A stretch of DNA of 64,000 nt from Bacilli bacterium (GTDB taxonomy: Bacteria > Bacillota_I > Bacilli_A > RF39 > UBA660): contig JAFSAI010000024.1 in assembly GCA_017441065.1 (NCBI GenBank), positions 1,142 to 65,141 on the forward strand, written 5' to 3'. The position numbers and the translations under genes were made by a program. Every line of letters begins with the position of its first letter. Position 1 is the first letter of the stretch. Of the stretch, positions 47,726 to 56,511 are shown in pieces. Below the pieces are notes generated by a model, which worked only from the letters and a program-made list of their open reading frames with translations, did not search any database and had not been told where the DNA came from.

Positions 47726-49288
47726 ATGCAATATAATATATTCAAACTTGAAAATAAGGAAGAATTAAAAAAAGAAATGTTGGAAAGAAACTTTGAAAAG
47801 ATAGGTAATGAAATCGAGAGTGGTAAGTATAAATTAAATTTATATTATAAATACGATAATGATTTAAAACTAAGCTGGAAAAATATATTGGTAGAATTTG
47901 GTGAAACAAATCCACCTGCAAGGACTGGAATATCCGGTATAATTATTTGCGAAAGTTGTAATAATAATTATGCTATTACATATGGGGCTAGTAGTTTTTT
48001 GGCTCAAAAATATTCTGATAGAGAGTTTGGCTTTAATTTTGCAAAAAGAATAGAATTAAAGGAAATGAAAAGAAAAAGCTCAATGACCCCTCATTCAAGA
48101 AGAAATTCATCTATAACTTCATTTAAAAATACGAAAACGATTGTATTTGATAGTGGAGAAAATATAACTAGCTTATCTTTTACTCCGGACAATGAATTTT
48201 ATGGAAAAAGAATTGATATTGGTAAATCAATAAAATTAAAAACAGATATTTCATTAAGCGATATATATCAACTTTTTGATCAAATTGAAAGTGATGTAAG
48301 TAATAATATAATAAACAGAATCCCACTTTTAACTAAAATTACAAATGCTGATGAAATAGAACGATATGATAAAATGATGTATGATTCTTTAAGTAAAGAA
48401 TTTGATACTTATGGAAACTCTAATTCATCACAGTTTTCTATGAATGAATTTTATATTGTAGGTAGTAGTATTTACTTTGAAGAAGATCATACCCAAGTGG
48501 TTAAAGTAGGTAAGTATGAAGAAGAAATAGAGTTGCATAATTTGAATGATCTATTTGAATTGTCTAAAAATATTGGTGTTGATATACAAACAATTATTGA
48601 AAGAGGAAAAATAATTTATAAGGATTCTTCAAATGAAAAAATATATACTGAGAGTATAAGAAAATATATAAACTATGAAATAGAATCAGAAAATGTTTCG
48701 TTGTATAATGATGAATGGTTTTATTACAATGATGATTATTATGATTTAGTAATGAATGAAATAAAAACAATTGAAATTGAATATAATTCTTCTGATGATT
48801 ATACAAAAGAACAAATAGAAACTTTTAGGGTTAATGAAAAAGAATATAGAGAGGAAATTTTAAATAAAATTTTATCAAAAAAATATAATGGTAGATTATT
48901 AGATAGAGATATGTTTATTTCAAAATATGAAAATGAGTATTTTAATTCAGAATATAAAATAGAATTAGCTGATTTGTTATTGGATAATGAATATGTATCT
49001 GTAAAAATTGGTTCTGCACAGGCATTATCATATTGCGTAGATCAATCTGATTTATCAGCTAAGTTAATTGATGCTAAAAAAATAAATTTAGAGGAAAAAG
49101 GGTTGCCAATACCTGATAAATTTGGTGTTTGGTTTTATATGGAAAGTAATAGCGCTTTTGAAAATGGTACTGTTAATCTTCAAAAGATTCATTCAATTAT
49201 GTTATTAAGCAAATTAAGTACATGGTCAAAAAATATTAAAATTTTAGGAAAGACTCCAGTAATTCATATTAATAAATATATTAAATAA
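47726..49288 (+). CDS. Large hypothetical protein (possibly TIGR04141/DUF6119-type sporadically distributed family; unverified)
   Basis: 520 aa with RBS AAGGAAG and no motif I can assign. The family suggestion rests on size, N-terminal style and island context only. Confidence 0.5.
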   Translation: MQYNIFKLENKEELKKEMLERNFEKIGNEIESGKYKLNLYYKYDNDLKLSWKNILVEFGETNPPARTGISGIIICESCNNNYAITYGASSFLAQKYSDREFGFNFAKRIELKEMKRKSSMTPHSRRNSSITSFKNTKTIVFDSGENITSLSFTPDNEFYGKRIDIGKSIKLKTDISLSDIYQLFDQIESDVSNNIINRIPLLTKITNADEIERYDKMMYDSLSKEFDTYGNSNSSQFSMNEFYIVGSSIYFEEDHTQVVKVGKYEEEIELHNLNDLFELSKNIGVDIQTIIERGKIIYKDSSNEKIYTESIRKYINYEIESENVSLYNDEWFYYNDDYYDLVMNEIKTIEIEYNSSDDYTKEQIETFRVNEKEYREEILNKILSKKYNGRLLDRDMFISKYENEYFNSEYKIELADLLLDNEYVSVKIGSAQALSYCVDQSDLSAKLIDAKKINLEEKGLPIPDKFGVWFYMESNSAFENGTVNLQKIHSIMLLSKLSTWSKNIKILGKTPVIHINKYIK

Positions 49289-49297
49289 AAAAAGAGG

Positions 49298-49320
49298 CCT
49301 AGTCCTGTTAAAGGACTAGG
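49298..49320. terminator. Bidirectional hairpin between the 520-aa ORF and the integrase remnant
   Basis: CCTAGTCC-TGTTAAA-GGACTAGG. Confidence 0.6.
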
Positions 49321-49925
49321 TCATCTTTGTCTTTAGGTTTAACTATTTCATATTCTTCGTAATCATACGATTCTTCTTTTGGTTCGGGTAATGTTTCTTT
49401 GTGTTCTAATAAGATAGTTGGTTTAGTTTCTATAATATTATTATTTAATCTACTATTTTGTAGTTCGATAATATTAACAATGGTATCAAGTCTATTTTGA
49501 TACATATGTGAATAAGTATTCAATGTTTCATCTATTTTAGTATGTTCAAGATATTTAGCAACTAAAGTTATATTGGCACCGCTATCTATTAATAAAGAAG
49601 CACAACTATGTCTAAAGTCATATATTCTAATATCTTTAACTCTAGACATAAAAGCATTTTTTGTTTTTCTATCTAATAGAGTAGTAGCAGATAATGGATC
49701 AATATTTCCGAACACATACCAAGATTCTCTAAATCCATAATAATTAGCATAATCATTATATAAGTCAGATAAATCTTTTAATAAGAAATTTTGAATAGGG
49801 ATAGTTCTATAACTTGAACTTGTTTTAGATTTGGTAACAGCATAAGGTTTACCGAGCTTTGAGGAAAAATCTATTTCACGAGAAATTCTCTTATAAGGAC
49901 TAAGTAAAATTGTTATAAGATTTTT
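49308..49925 (-). pseudogene. 5'-truncated tyrosine recombinase (phage-type integrase) remnant
   Basis: Only the catalytic domain is present: KRISRE (Arg I), TKSKTSSSYRTIPI, YDFRHSCAS (HxxR) and LNTYSHM (Tyr). The frame stays open upstream to 49994, but there is no start codon and no N-terminal core-binding domain. Confidence 0.8.
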
Positions 49926-49988
49926 ATTTTTTTTAAATGCTAAAGTTGTGATATAATATGTTTGTAAGGTATTGGTGGTAGGTTTAAT

Positions 49989-50702
49989 ATGAAATTAAAT
50001 TCAATAATTAGTAATAATATTATAACTGAACTTGATAATTCTGATAATTTTGAAGACGTAGCTATTGTTTTGCATAAATATCAACAATATGAATTAAAAG
50101 GTTCTCATTTGGGAAGGGCTTTTGAAAAAATGTTTGTTAATTTAAATGGTTTTAGTCAATTTATACCAATGAGTGAATTAGAAAAATATCATCATTCATT
50201 CCATACAACCAACGGCGGAGATTGGTGTAGATCTAATCAAAGTTATTTAGGAAGAAAATATAATATAATTAGAGAAAAGCGTGGAGGCAGTATTTATGCT
50301 GTAAAGACGGATGGGATTAATAAAAATACTACTATTAATAGTGGCATAAGAAATGATATTGTAAATAGAATTCAGAAAGGCAGATGCGCAATTTTAGATG
50401 TTGGAACTAATATTGAATGTGATCATAAAGATGGTATGAAAGATGATTGGCGATTAAATGATAAAAATAGTCAGAACATTGATGATTTTCAGCCATTATC
50501 TAAATCGGCTAATGATGCTAAGCGTCAGCATTGTAGTTTATGTAAAAAATTAGGAAAACGTTATGATGCTAAAAGATTAGGATATTCGCATTCGTTTACG
50601 TTTGGAAATGAGAATTCTAAAACTTGTGTTGGCTGTTATTGGTATGATCCAATTGCTTTTAATAGAGAAATATCTAAAGATTTTGAAAAATTTGATAAAT
50701 AA
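49989..50702 (+). CDS. Putative type II restriction endonuclease, HNH/beta-beta-alpha-Me zinc-finger type
   Basis: ECDHKDG (50418-50435) ...N...FQPLSKSAN, plus HCSLC and CVGC zinc motifs. It lies convergent and tail-to-tail with an m5C methyltransferase gene. Confidence 0.6.
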   Translation: MKLNSIISNNIITELDNSDNFEDVAIVLHKYQQYELKGSHLGRAFEKMFVNLNGFSQFIPMSELEKYHHSFHTTNGGDWCRSNQSYLGRKYNIIREKRGGSIYAVKTDGINKNTTINSGIRNDIVNRIQKGRCAILDVGTNIECDHKDGMKDDWRLNDKNSQNIDDFQPLSKSANDAKRQHCSLCKKLGKRYDAKRLGYSHSFTFGNENSKTCVGCYWYDPIAFNREISKDFEKFDK

Positions 50703-50707
50703 AATAT

Positions 50708-50736
50708 AAAACAAGGAATTTTAATTATTCCTTGTT
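50708..50736. terminator. Bidirectional hairpin shared by the R and M genes
   Basis: AAACAAGGAAT-TTTAATT-ATTCCTTGTTT, overlapping the methylase stop codon. Confidence 0.6.
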
Positions 50737-51993
50737 TTCGTTTTCTAACATTATTTTTACTGCACATCCAATTGCTTTTCCTAATAGACAAGGAACTGCA
50801 TTTCCTATTTGAGTTAATTGCCATTTTTTTGAACCTTGAAATACAAAATCATCTGGAAATGATTGTAAACGTGCCAGTTCTCTTGCTGTTAATACTCTTG
50901 GAAGTTTTGGATGAATATTAGTTCCTCCATGGTTTTCTTTAATCGTGCAAGATGGTTCATTCCACGGACATTTTTTCCATGAATCAGAATAGTTTTTATA
51001 AAGACTCTTTCCTTCTTCTACATTTAATAGTCTTTGTTTCATTTCATCTGTATGTTTTGTAGTAACGTGATTAAATAGGGAATTATCAGGTATATTCATT
51101 AGATCTTCAATTGCATTTTTTGTTGTTACGTATTTTTGGGGCTCTAATAATGGTTTTGGGTGCAAGTTGTCTATTCCAATTCTATTTCCTATGAATATTA
51201 CTCTTTTTCTTGTTTGAGGAGTATAATAATCTGCGGCATTTAGTATGGTAACATTTATTTTATATCCAATTTTTTCGAAATCATTAATTATTTTTTCTTC
51301 AACTTTTCCACCTAGCATTGATCTTAGTCCAGGAACATTTTCCATAACTACAACTTTTGGCCTTAAATGGTCGACAATTTCTAACATATCCAGATATAAA
51401 GTGTTTCTATCGTCTGTAACTATTCTATTACCTGCCATACTGAACCCTTGACAAGGGAATCCTCCGACAATTAAATCAATATTTTTTCCCCAAACAGCAT
51501 CGTATAGATGTCTTTTTACATTATTATCTCTAATATCTCTGCTTTCAACATTTTCTTCAAATCCTTTTTTGTCCACAAAATTATATTTATATGTTGCTAC
51601 TGCTTGTTCCATAATTTCTACTGAACCGATTGGAGTCCAGCCTGCCATAACTAATCCACAAGATAATCCTCCTGCTCCAGAAAAAAGATCAATAAAATTA
51701 TATCCGTTTCTGTATTTAATATTTTTCCAGCCGTCTTTTGTCCAATCCTTACTTATATCAACAAAATTAATTTTTTTTGAATCTTCGTTTTTGTAATCTA
51801 CTTCGTCAAATATAGATTGGTTCTTTATGCCGCTTTGATAATTATTATACCATTCATTAAACCCTTCTTCAGAAATTCTGTATTTATTGTTTATCTTAGA
51901 CGCTTTTAAATTTCCCTCTGCAATTTGTCGCCTAATCGTTTTAATACTTTTGTTTGTTAGAATTGAAATTTCTTCCACATTATATATTTTCAT
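50725..51993 (-). CDS. DNA (cytosine-5)-methyltransferase with an N-terminal excisionase/MerR-like HTH
   Basis: Motif I FSGAGGLS, motif IV GGFPCQGFS, motif VI MENVPGL, motif VIII TPQTRKRV, motif X QIGNAVP. The N-terminal HTH is YNVEEISILTNKSIKTIRRQIAEGNLKA. The ATG at 51993 is preferred because the upstream TTG lies inside the promoter. Confidence 0.92.
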   Translation of the reverse strand: MKIYNVEEISILTNKSIKTIRRQIAEGNLKASKINNKYRISEEGFNEWYNNYQSGIKNQSIFDEVDYKNEDSKKINFVDISKDWTKDGWKNIKYRNGYNFIDLFSGAGGLSCGLVMAGWTPIGSVEIMEQAVATYKYNFVDKKGFEENVESRDIRDNNVKRHLYDAVWGKNIDLIVGGFPCQGFSMAGNRIVTDDRNTLYLDMLEIVDHLRPKVVVMENVPGLRSMLGGKVEEKIINDFEKIGYKINVTILNAADYYTPQTRKRVIFIGNRIGIDNLHPKPLLEPQKYVTTKNAIEDLMNIPDNSLFNHVTTKHTDEMKQRLLNVEEGKSLYKNYSDSWKKCPWNEPSCTIKENHGGTNIHPKLPRVLTARELARLQSFPDDFVFQGSKKWQLTQIGNAVPCLLGKAIGCAVKIMLENENKE

Positions 51994-52022
51994 ATTATCA
52001 TTCCTGTCCACTTTACATGTTA

Positions 52023-52051
52023 ATTTTACATAAGAGGAGGACAAAAGTCAA
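52023..52051 (-). promoter_or_regulatory. Methyltransferase promoter
   Basis: On the minus strand: TTGACT - 17 nt - TAAAAT. Confidence 0.55.
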
Positions 52052-52117
52052 TGGGCTTTTTTGATGTTACAATATTAACAATTTGTAGACTAAATAAACC
52101 AAATGTTTTTGCAATAT

Positions 52118-52146
52118 TTGACATATATTGTATTTTGGTGTAATAT
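52118..52146 (+). promoter_or_regulatory. Promoter of the five-gene operon
   Basis: TTGACA - 17 nt - TAATAT, with TG at -15/-14. It is flanked by an 11-bp inverted repeat AAATAAACCAA (52092-52102) / TTGGTTTATTT (52151-52161). Confidence 0.6.
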
Positions 52147-52175
52147 ATAGTTGGTTTATTTGAGGGGAGATAACT

Positions 52176-52394
52176 ATGAAAATTGAAAATAAAAGAGAAA
52201 AATTTATTCGCCTTGCTGAAAATAGAACTAACAAAGTTTTAAAAGAAATAGATTTAATAGGAAACCTTGCAAACAGAAGTAATTATGAGTATACACTGGA
52301 AGATACAGAAAAAATAATTAGGGCATTAAAAAAATCTGTGACAGATTTAGAAAATAAGTTTTCTAACAAAAGTAGGAGAGAATTTAAGTTATGA
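52176..52394 (+). CDS. Operon gene 1: small helical protein, unknown function
   Basis: 72 aa with RBS GAGGGGAG. The stop overlaps the next start (ATGA). Confidence 0.7.
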   Translation: MKIENKREKFIRLAENRTNKVLKEIDLIGNLANRSNYEYTLEDTEKIIRALKKSVTDLENKFSNKSRREFKL

Positions 52395-54583
52395 TTGCTT
52401 TATCAATTGAAGAATTAAATTTGTCTAACAAAGCAAAAAATGTATTAAGAAATTCTAATGTTGATGATATTTATTTAATGGCAATAGCTATAAATACGCC
52501 TGATTGTTTAATTGGATGTGGTGAAAAGACTTTGGCAGAATTAAAAAATGAAGTGGAAGAATTAAAAAAACAAGGTTATTATAGTGATGAATTTATAGAT
52601 AAATATTTGAGTTTTAATTTTATCGATTCTTTGGAGCTTTCAGTTCGCGCCAAAAATATTTTAAAACAAATGAAAATTTTTACACCTTCTGATTTAATTG
52701 ATTTATCTTTTGATGATTTAAATGGCTGTGCTGGGAAAAATACGGCATATGAAATTTTAGAATTTATTAACCAAAATAAAACAGATTTTATGTACAATCC
52801 AAATTGTAATTATAAATACCCTATTAAAAAAATTAATAATTTATGTGGAAACACAAAAATAGAATTGTTTTTAAATGTTTGTGATCGCCAAAAATATTTT
52901 GATAATAATATTTATAATATTTATGATTTAATTGTTTGTCCATTTGTTCCTAACAATTTTAATGATAAAGAACTACAAGAATTTAATTATTTTAAAAGTT
53001 TCTTTACAAAATTAGCTTATGGACAGTTAATTATTTCTATTAGTAGCAGTTTATCTTTAACATATATAAATATTCCTTTTAGTTTAAGTAATAAATATAA
53101 AATATTTGAGCTTGTTAAAATCAAAGAATTAATTTCTATTTGTGTGAACAATTTTAACGATTTTTCTTTGAAAGAACAATTAAATATTAAATTATATTTG
53201 AATTGGTTAAATACAATTGACATTCAAGATATAAATGAACATATTTTTAATAGTTTAAATTTATCAGATAAAGAAAAAGAAATAATGATTTTTAGAAATA
53301 TTATGACATTAGAGGAAACTGGCAATAAATTTGGTTTAACTAGAGAAAGAATAAGACAATTGGAATCAAAAATATGTGATAAGATAAGTCAAAAACTTTG
53401 CGAATTTCCTTTTAAGAAAATAATTGATAATGAAATATATTATTATGAACGTTGTACTGATTCGGAGAAGTTGTTATTGTATATAGATAGTGTTTTAGAT
53501 CAGTTTTATACTAAAATAAAAAAAGATAATAAATTTATTTTTATTAAAACCTCTGTTATAAATGAAATTTCTGATATGTTGAAAGAAAACAATACCTTTA
53601 TGAAAAAAAATGGTTACATTGAATATAGTTATAGCTGGAATAATGAAGTGTTAGATATAGCTTTGGATTATTTACAATTAAAACGACATAGAAACAATAT
53701 ATTTAACAATATTAACAAGAGTCAAATGGTAAAATTTGCATTAACCAAAATTAATAGACCAGTAAAAATTTATAATGAAGATGACAGAAGATTAATAATT
53801 GATACGATATATCACCTTTTTGGTGAATTGTTGGATGATTCTAGGGGATTAGAGGCTTTAATTGAAAAAAATTGTGTAAGAGTTGATTCAGGAATGTATG
53901 CTTTAGAAGATAATATTGTTCCATTAACAAAGGATACTTTTAATAAAATAGTAGAATATGTTAAAGATAATATAATAATTAATGCTAGAGATTTATTTGT
54001 TCCTTTTGGCGAAACTTTAATAGAACATAATTTGTTAAATGAGAATATTTTATATAGATATTTGAAAGAAAATTTATCTGATATATTATATTTTAATGGG
54101 GTGAGCGGGGTTATTTCTTCTAACTCTGATGATTCAAGTTGGGGAACTGTAATTATAAAATGCATTAAAGAAAAAGGTAAACCAATATCTAAAGCAGAAA
54201 TCATAGGAAGGTATCCTGTAACTACAGCTGTATATGATAATTTACCAATTAACTTTAATGACATTATTAAATGGGGAAAAGGTGAATTATTTTTAAAAAG
54301 CTTAATCTATTTTCCAGAAGAAGTTAAAACTAAATTTTTACAGTTGCTAAGTAAACAAAAAATTATGAAATTTGATGAGATCAGAGCTTTATTAAACTAC
54401 TTAGATAAAAGTATAATCTCTAGCAATCAAATAATTGATAACTATAGTTTAATAAGTTTTTTGAATAATACTGTTAAAGATAAAGTTGTTCTTAATAGAA
54501 AAAATGAGATAGCGATGATTAAAGAAGATTTTGGAGAAGTTAAAGTTGGTTCTTATTCTATTGCTGAAGAATTAACTATATAG
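52391..54583 (+). CDS. Operon gene 2: protein with two RNA polymerase alpha-CTD-like HhH modules, a sigma-70 region-4-like HTH and a ~390-aa unknown C-terminal region
   Basis: Residues 5-58 are IEELNLSNKAKNVLRNSNV...GCGEKTLAELK and residues 78-128 are LELSVRAKNILKQMKIFTPSDL...GCAGKNTAYEIL. Both parallel the alpha-CTD pattern (B. subtilis IEELDLSVRSYNCLKRAGI...NLGRKSLEEVK). Residues 288-335, LSDKEKEIMIFRNIMTLEETGNKFGLTRERIRQLESK, form a sigma r4 HTH. Confidence 0.75.
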   Translation: MIALSIEELNLSNKAKNVLRNSNVDDIYLMAIAINTPDCLIGCGEKTLAELKNEVEELKKQGYYSDEFIDKYLSFNFIDSLELSVRAKNILKQMKIFTPSDLIDLSFDDLNGCAGKNTAYEILEFINQNKTDFMYNPNCNYKYPIKKINNLCGNTKIELFLNVCDRQKYFDNNIYNIYDLIVCPFVPNNFNDKELQEFNYFKSFFTKLAYGQLIISISSSLSLTYINIPFSLSNKYKIFELVKIKELISICVNNFNDFSLKEQLNIKLYLNWLNTIDIQDINEHIFNSLNLSDKEKEIMIFRNIMTLEETGNKFGLTRERIRQLESKICDKISQKLCEFPFKKIIDNEIYYYERCTDSEKLLLYIDSVLDQFYTKIKKDNKFIFIKTSVINEISDMLKENNTFMKKNGYIEYSYSWNNEVLDIALDYLQLKRHRNNIFNNINKSQMVKFALTKINRPVKIYNEDDRRLIIDTIYHLFGELLDDSRGLEALIEKNCVRVDSGMYALEDNIVPLTKDTFNKIVEYVKDNIIINARDLFVPFGETLIEHNLLNENILYRYLKENLSDILYFNGVSGVISSNSDDSSWGTVIIKCIKEKGKPISKAEIIGRYPVTTAVYDNLPINFNDIIKWGKGELFLKSLIYFPEEVKTKFLQLLSKQKIMKFDEIRALLNYLDKSIISSNQIIDNYSLISFLNNTVKDKVVLNRKNEIAMIKEDFGEVKVGSYSIAEELTI

Positions 54584-54591
54584 GAGGGAAT

Positions 54592-56511
54592 ATGAATAAT
54601 AACATTAAATGGCAATTAAGGCCTACTTATACAGAAGGTGATAAATTTCATAATGGTGATACAGAAATTTTTAAATCTGGTAAATGGGCATTTTTAACTA
54701 GAGAGGTAATACAAAATTCAAATGATGCTTTTGATTCTATGAAAGATGAAAGTGGTAAATTAGTTATGAAATTTTCTATGGAGAATTTACCAATTAATGC
54801 TTTTCCTGATTTGGAAAATTTAAAAAAACATATAAACGGAACATATTCAATTAATAATTTGCCGGAAACATGTAAAAGTTTTTGCGAGAGTGCATTAAAA
54901 ACACTTTCAAGAGAATCGATAAAAATAATGAAAATATCAGATTTTAACACTTCTGGAGTATTGGGAAGTAATGACTTAAATAATATTAAAAGCCAATGGC
55001 GCGCATTGATTTATGATGAAGGAAATTCACAGAAAGATAGTAGACAGGCAGCGGGTAGTTTTGGATTAGGAAAAAATGCCCCATTTGCTTTATCTGGTAT
55101 TAATACAGTTTTTTATACAACAAAAGATAAGGATGGATTGTATGCTTTTGAAGGTGTTGCTAAACTTCATACTTCATATATTGATGATCAAAAATATGAA
55201 CCTAAAATATATTTTTCAAATTTATATAATAATAAAACAATACCATTAAATTACGATGATTGTAAGGATATAAATGATATTTTTAAGCGTGATATTAAAG
55301 GAACGGATATATTTATTATGGATGTTGATTATGATGAAGATAAAATAAAAAAAGAAATGATTCAAGCGGTAGTAGAAAATTTCTTCATTAGAATTCAAAA
55401 TTGTAAATTAGAAGTGGATATGTTTGGTGAGTTAATTAATAAAGATTCATTATTAAATATTGTTATGAAGTATTGTGATCAACCAATTGAATATACAAAT
55501 TCTAATATAAGATATGGTTATATAAAGCAGTATCTTAATACATATTTAGGAAAATATGAAAAAACAAAAATTTATAATGAAGAGGTTCCTGGTGTAGGAA
55601 AATTAAAATTGTTCATTGCTATTGACCCAGATATTAATGGAAAATGGGTTGCAATGTTTAGAACTAAAGGTATGAAAATTTTTGATTATAATTATAGATT
55701 AGCTCAACAACAATTTTCCGCAATCTTTATGCCAGATGATCCTGATGTGGATGAATTTTTAAGATCAATAGAAAATCCTACTCATGATTTATTTGATCCA
55801 GAAATTAGAATATCAGATAAAGATAAAAAAATAATAGCTCAGCAACGATATGATAAGATTATTAATTGGATTAAAGGTAAGATAGTAGAATTTACAAAGA
55901 TCAATGTCGATGAACAAGATTTTCTTGATGGTATGGAAGAGTATATTCAGTTGCTTGATGAGGATGAGAGTAAAGAACGAAAAGTAAAACAGCCTGATAT
56001 AGAAATTATTTCATACGAGCCTAAAAAACAAAGAATAAATATGTCAATACTTGATAATGCAGGTAGTGAAAAATTAGTAGAACCAGAGCCAGAACCGGAT
56101 GATGGAATTATTGATCATACAAATTCTTTGGAAGTATCTGTACCAAATGATGAAAAAGGTTCTGGTAAACAGTCAATTGTAAAAGATTATCATAATAATT
56201 TTTCTGTTAAACCGAAGATTATTTCATATAATAATACTTTAAGAACTGCTTTTGGAATTGAAAATCTTGACATTGACACAATAAATTTAGAGATACTTAC
56301 AGTTGGTGAAGATGATAATATTTCGGATTTTATTCCAAAAATACTTAAAGCGGTTGATTGTGTGAATAACGTTGAATTAAAAGTAGATAACAATAAAATA
56401 CTAAATATTAAAAATGAAAAAACTAACGTAATTGAAATAATTTTTGAACGTGATTTTCAGGCAAAATATAAAATTTCTGTGTATACAGTTAAAGCTATGG
56501 AGGATTTATAA
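54592..56511 (+). CDS. Operon gene 3: GHKL-superfamily ATPase (MORC/Hsp90/sacsin-like Bergerat fold) with an unknown C-terminal half
   Basis: N-box REVIQNSNDA (ExxxNxxDA, residues 37-46), G1-like ISDFNTSGV (115-123) and G2 GSFGLGKNAPF (155-165). RBS AGGAGGG. Confidence 0.75.
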   Translation: MNNNIKWQLRPTYTEGDKFHNGDTEIFKSGKWAFLTREVIQNSNDAFDSMKDESGKLVMKFSMENLPINAFPDLENLKKHINGTYSINNLPETCKSFCESALKTLSRESIKIMKISDFNTSGVLGSNDLNNIKSQWRALIYDEGNSQKDSRQAAGSFGLGKNAPFALSGINTVFYTTKDKDGLYAFEGVAKLHTSYIDDQKYEPKIYFSNLYNNKTIPLNYDDCKDINDIFKRDIKGTDIFIMDVDYDEDKIKKEMIQAVVENFFIRIQNCKLEVDMFGELINKDSLLNIVMKYCDQPIEYTNSNIRYGYIKQYLNTYLGKYEKTKIYNEEVPGVGKLKLFIAIDPDINGKWVAMFRTKGMKIFDYNYRLAQQQFSAIFMPDDPDVDEFLRSIENPTHDLFDPEIRISDKDKKIIAQQRYDKIINWIKGKIVEFTKINVDEQDFLDGMEEYIQLLDEDESKERKVKQPDIEIISYEPKKQRINMSILDNAGSEKLVEPEPEPDDGIIDHTNSLEVSVPNDEKGSGKQSIVKDYHNNFSVKPKIISYNNTLRTAFGIENLDIDTINLEILTVGEDDNISDFIPKILKAVDCVNNVELKVDNNKILNIKNEKTNVIEIIFERDFQAKYKISVYTVKAMEDL

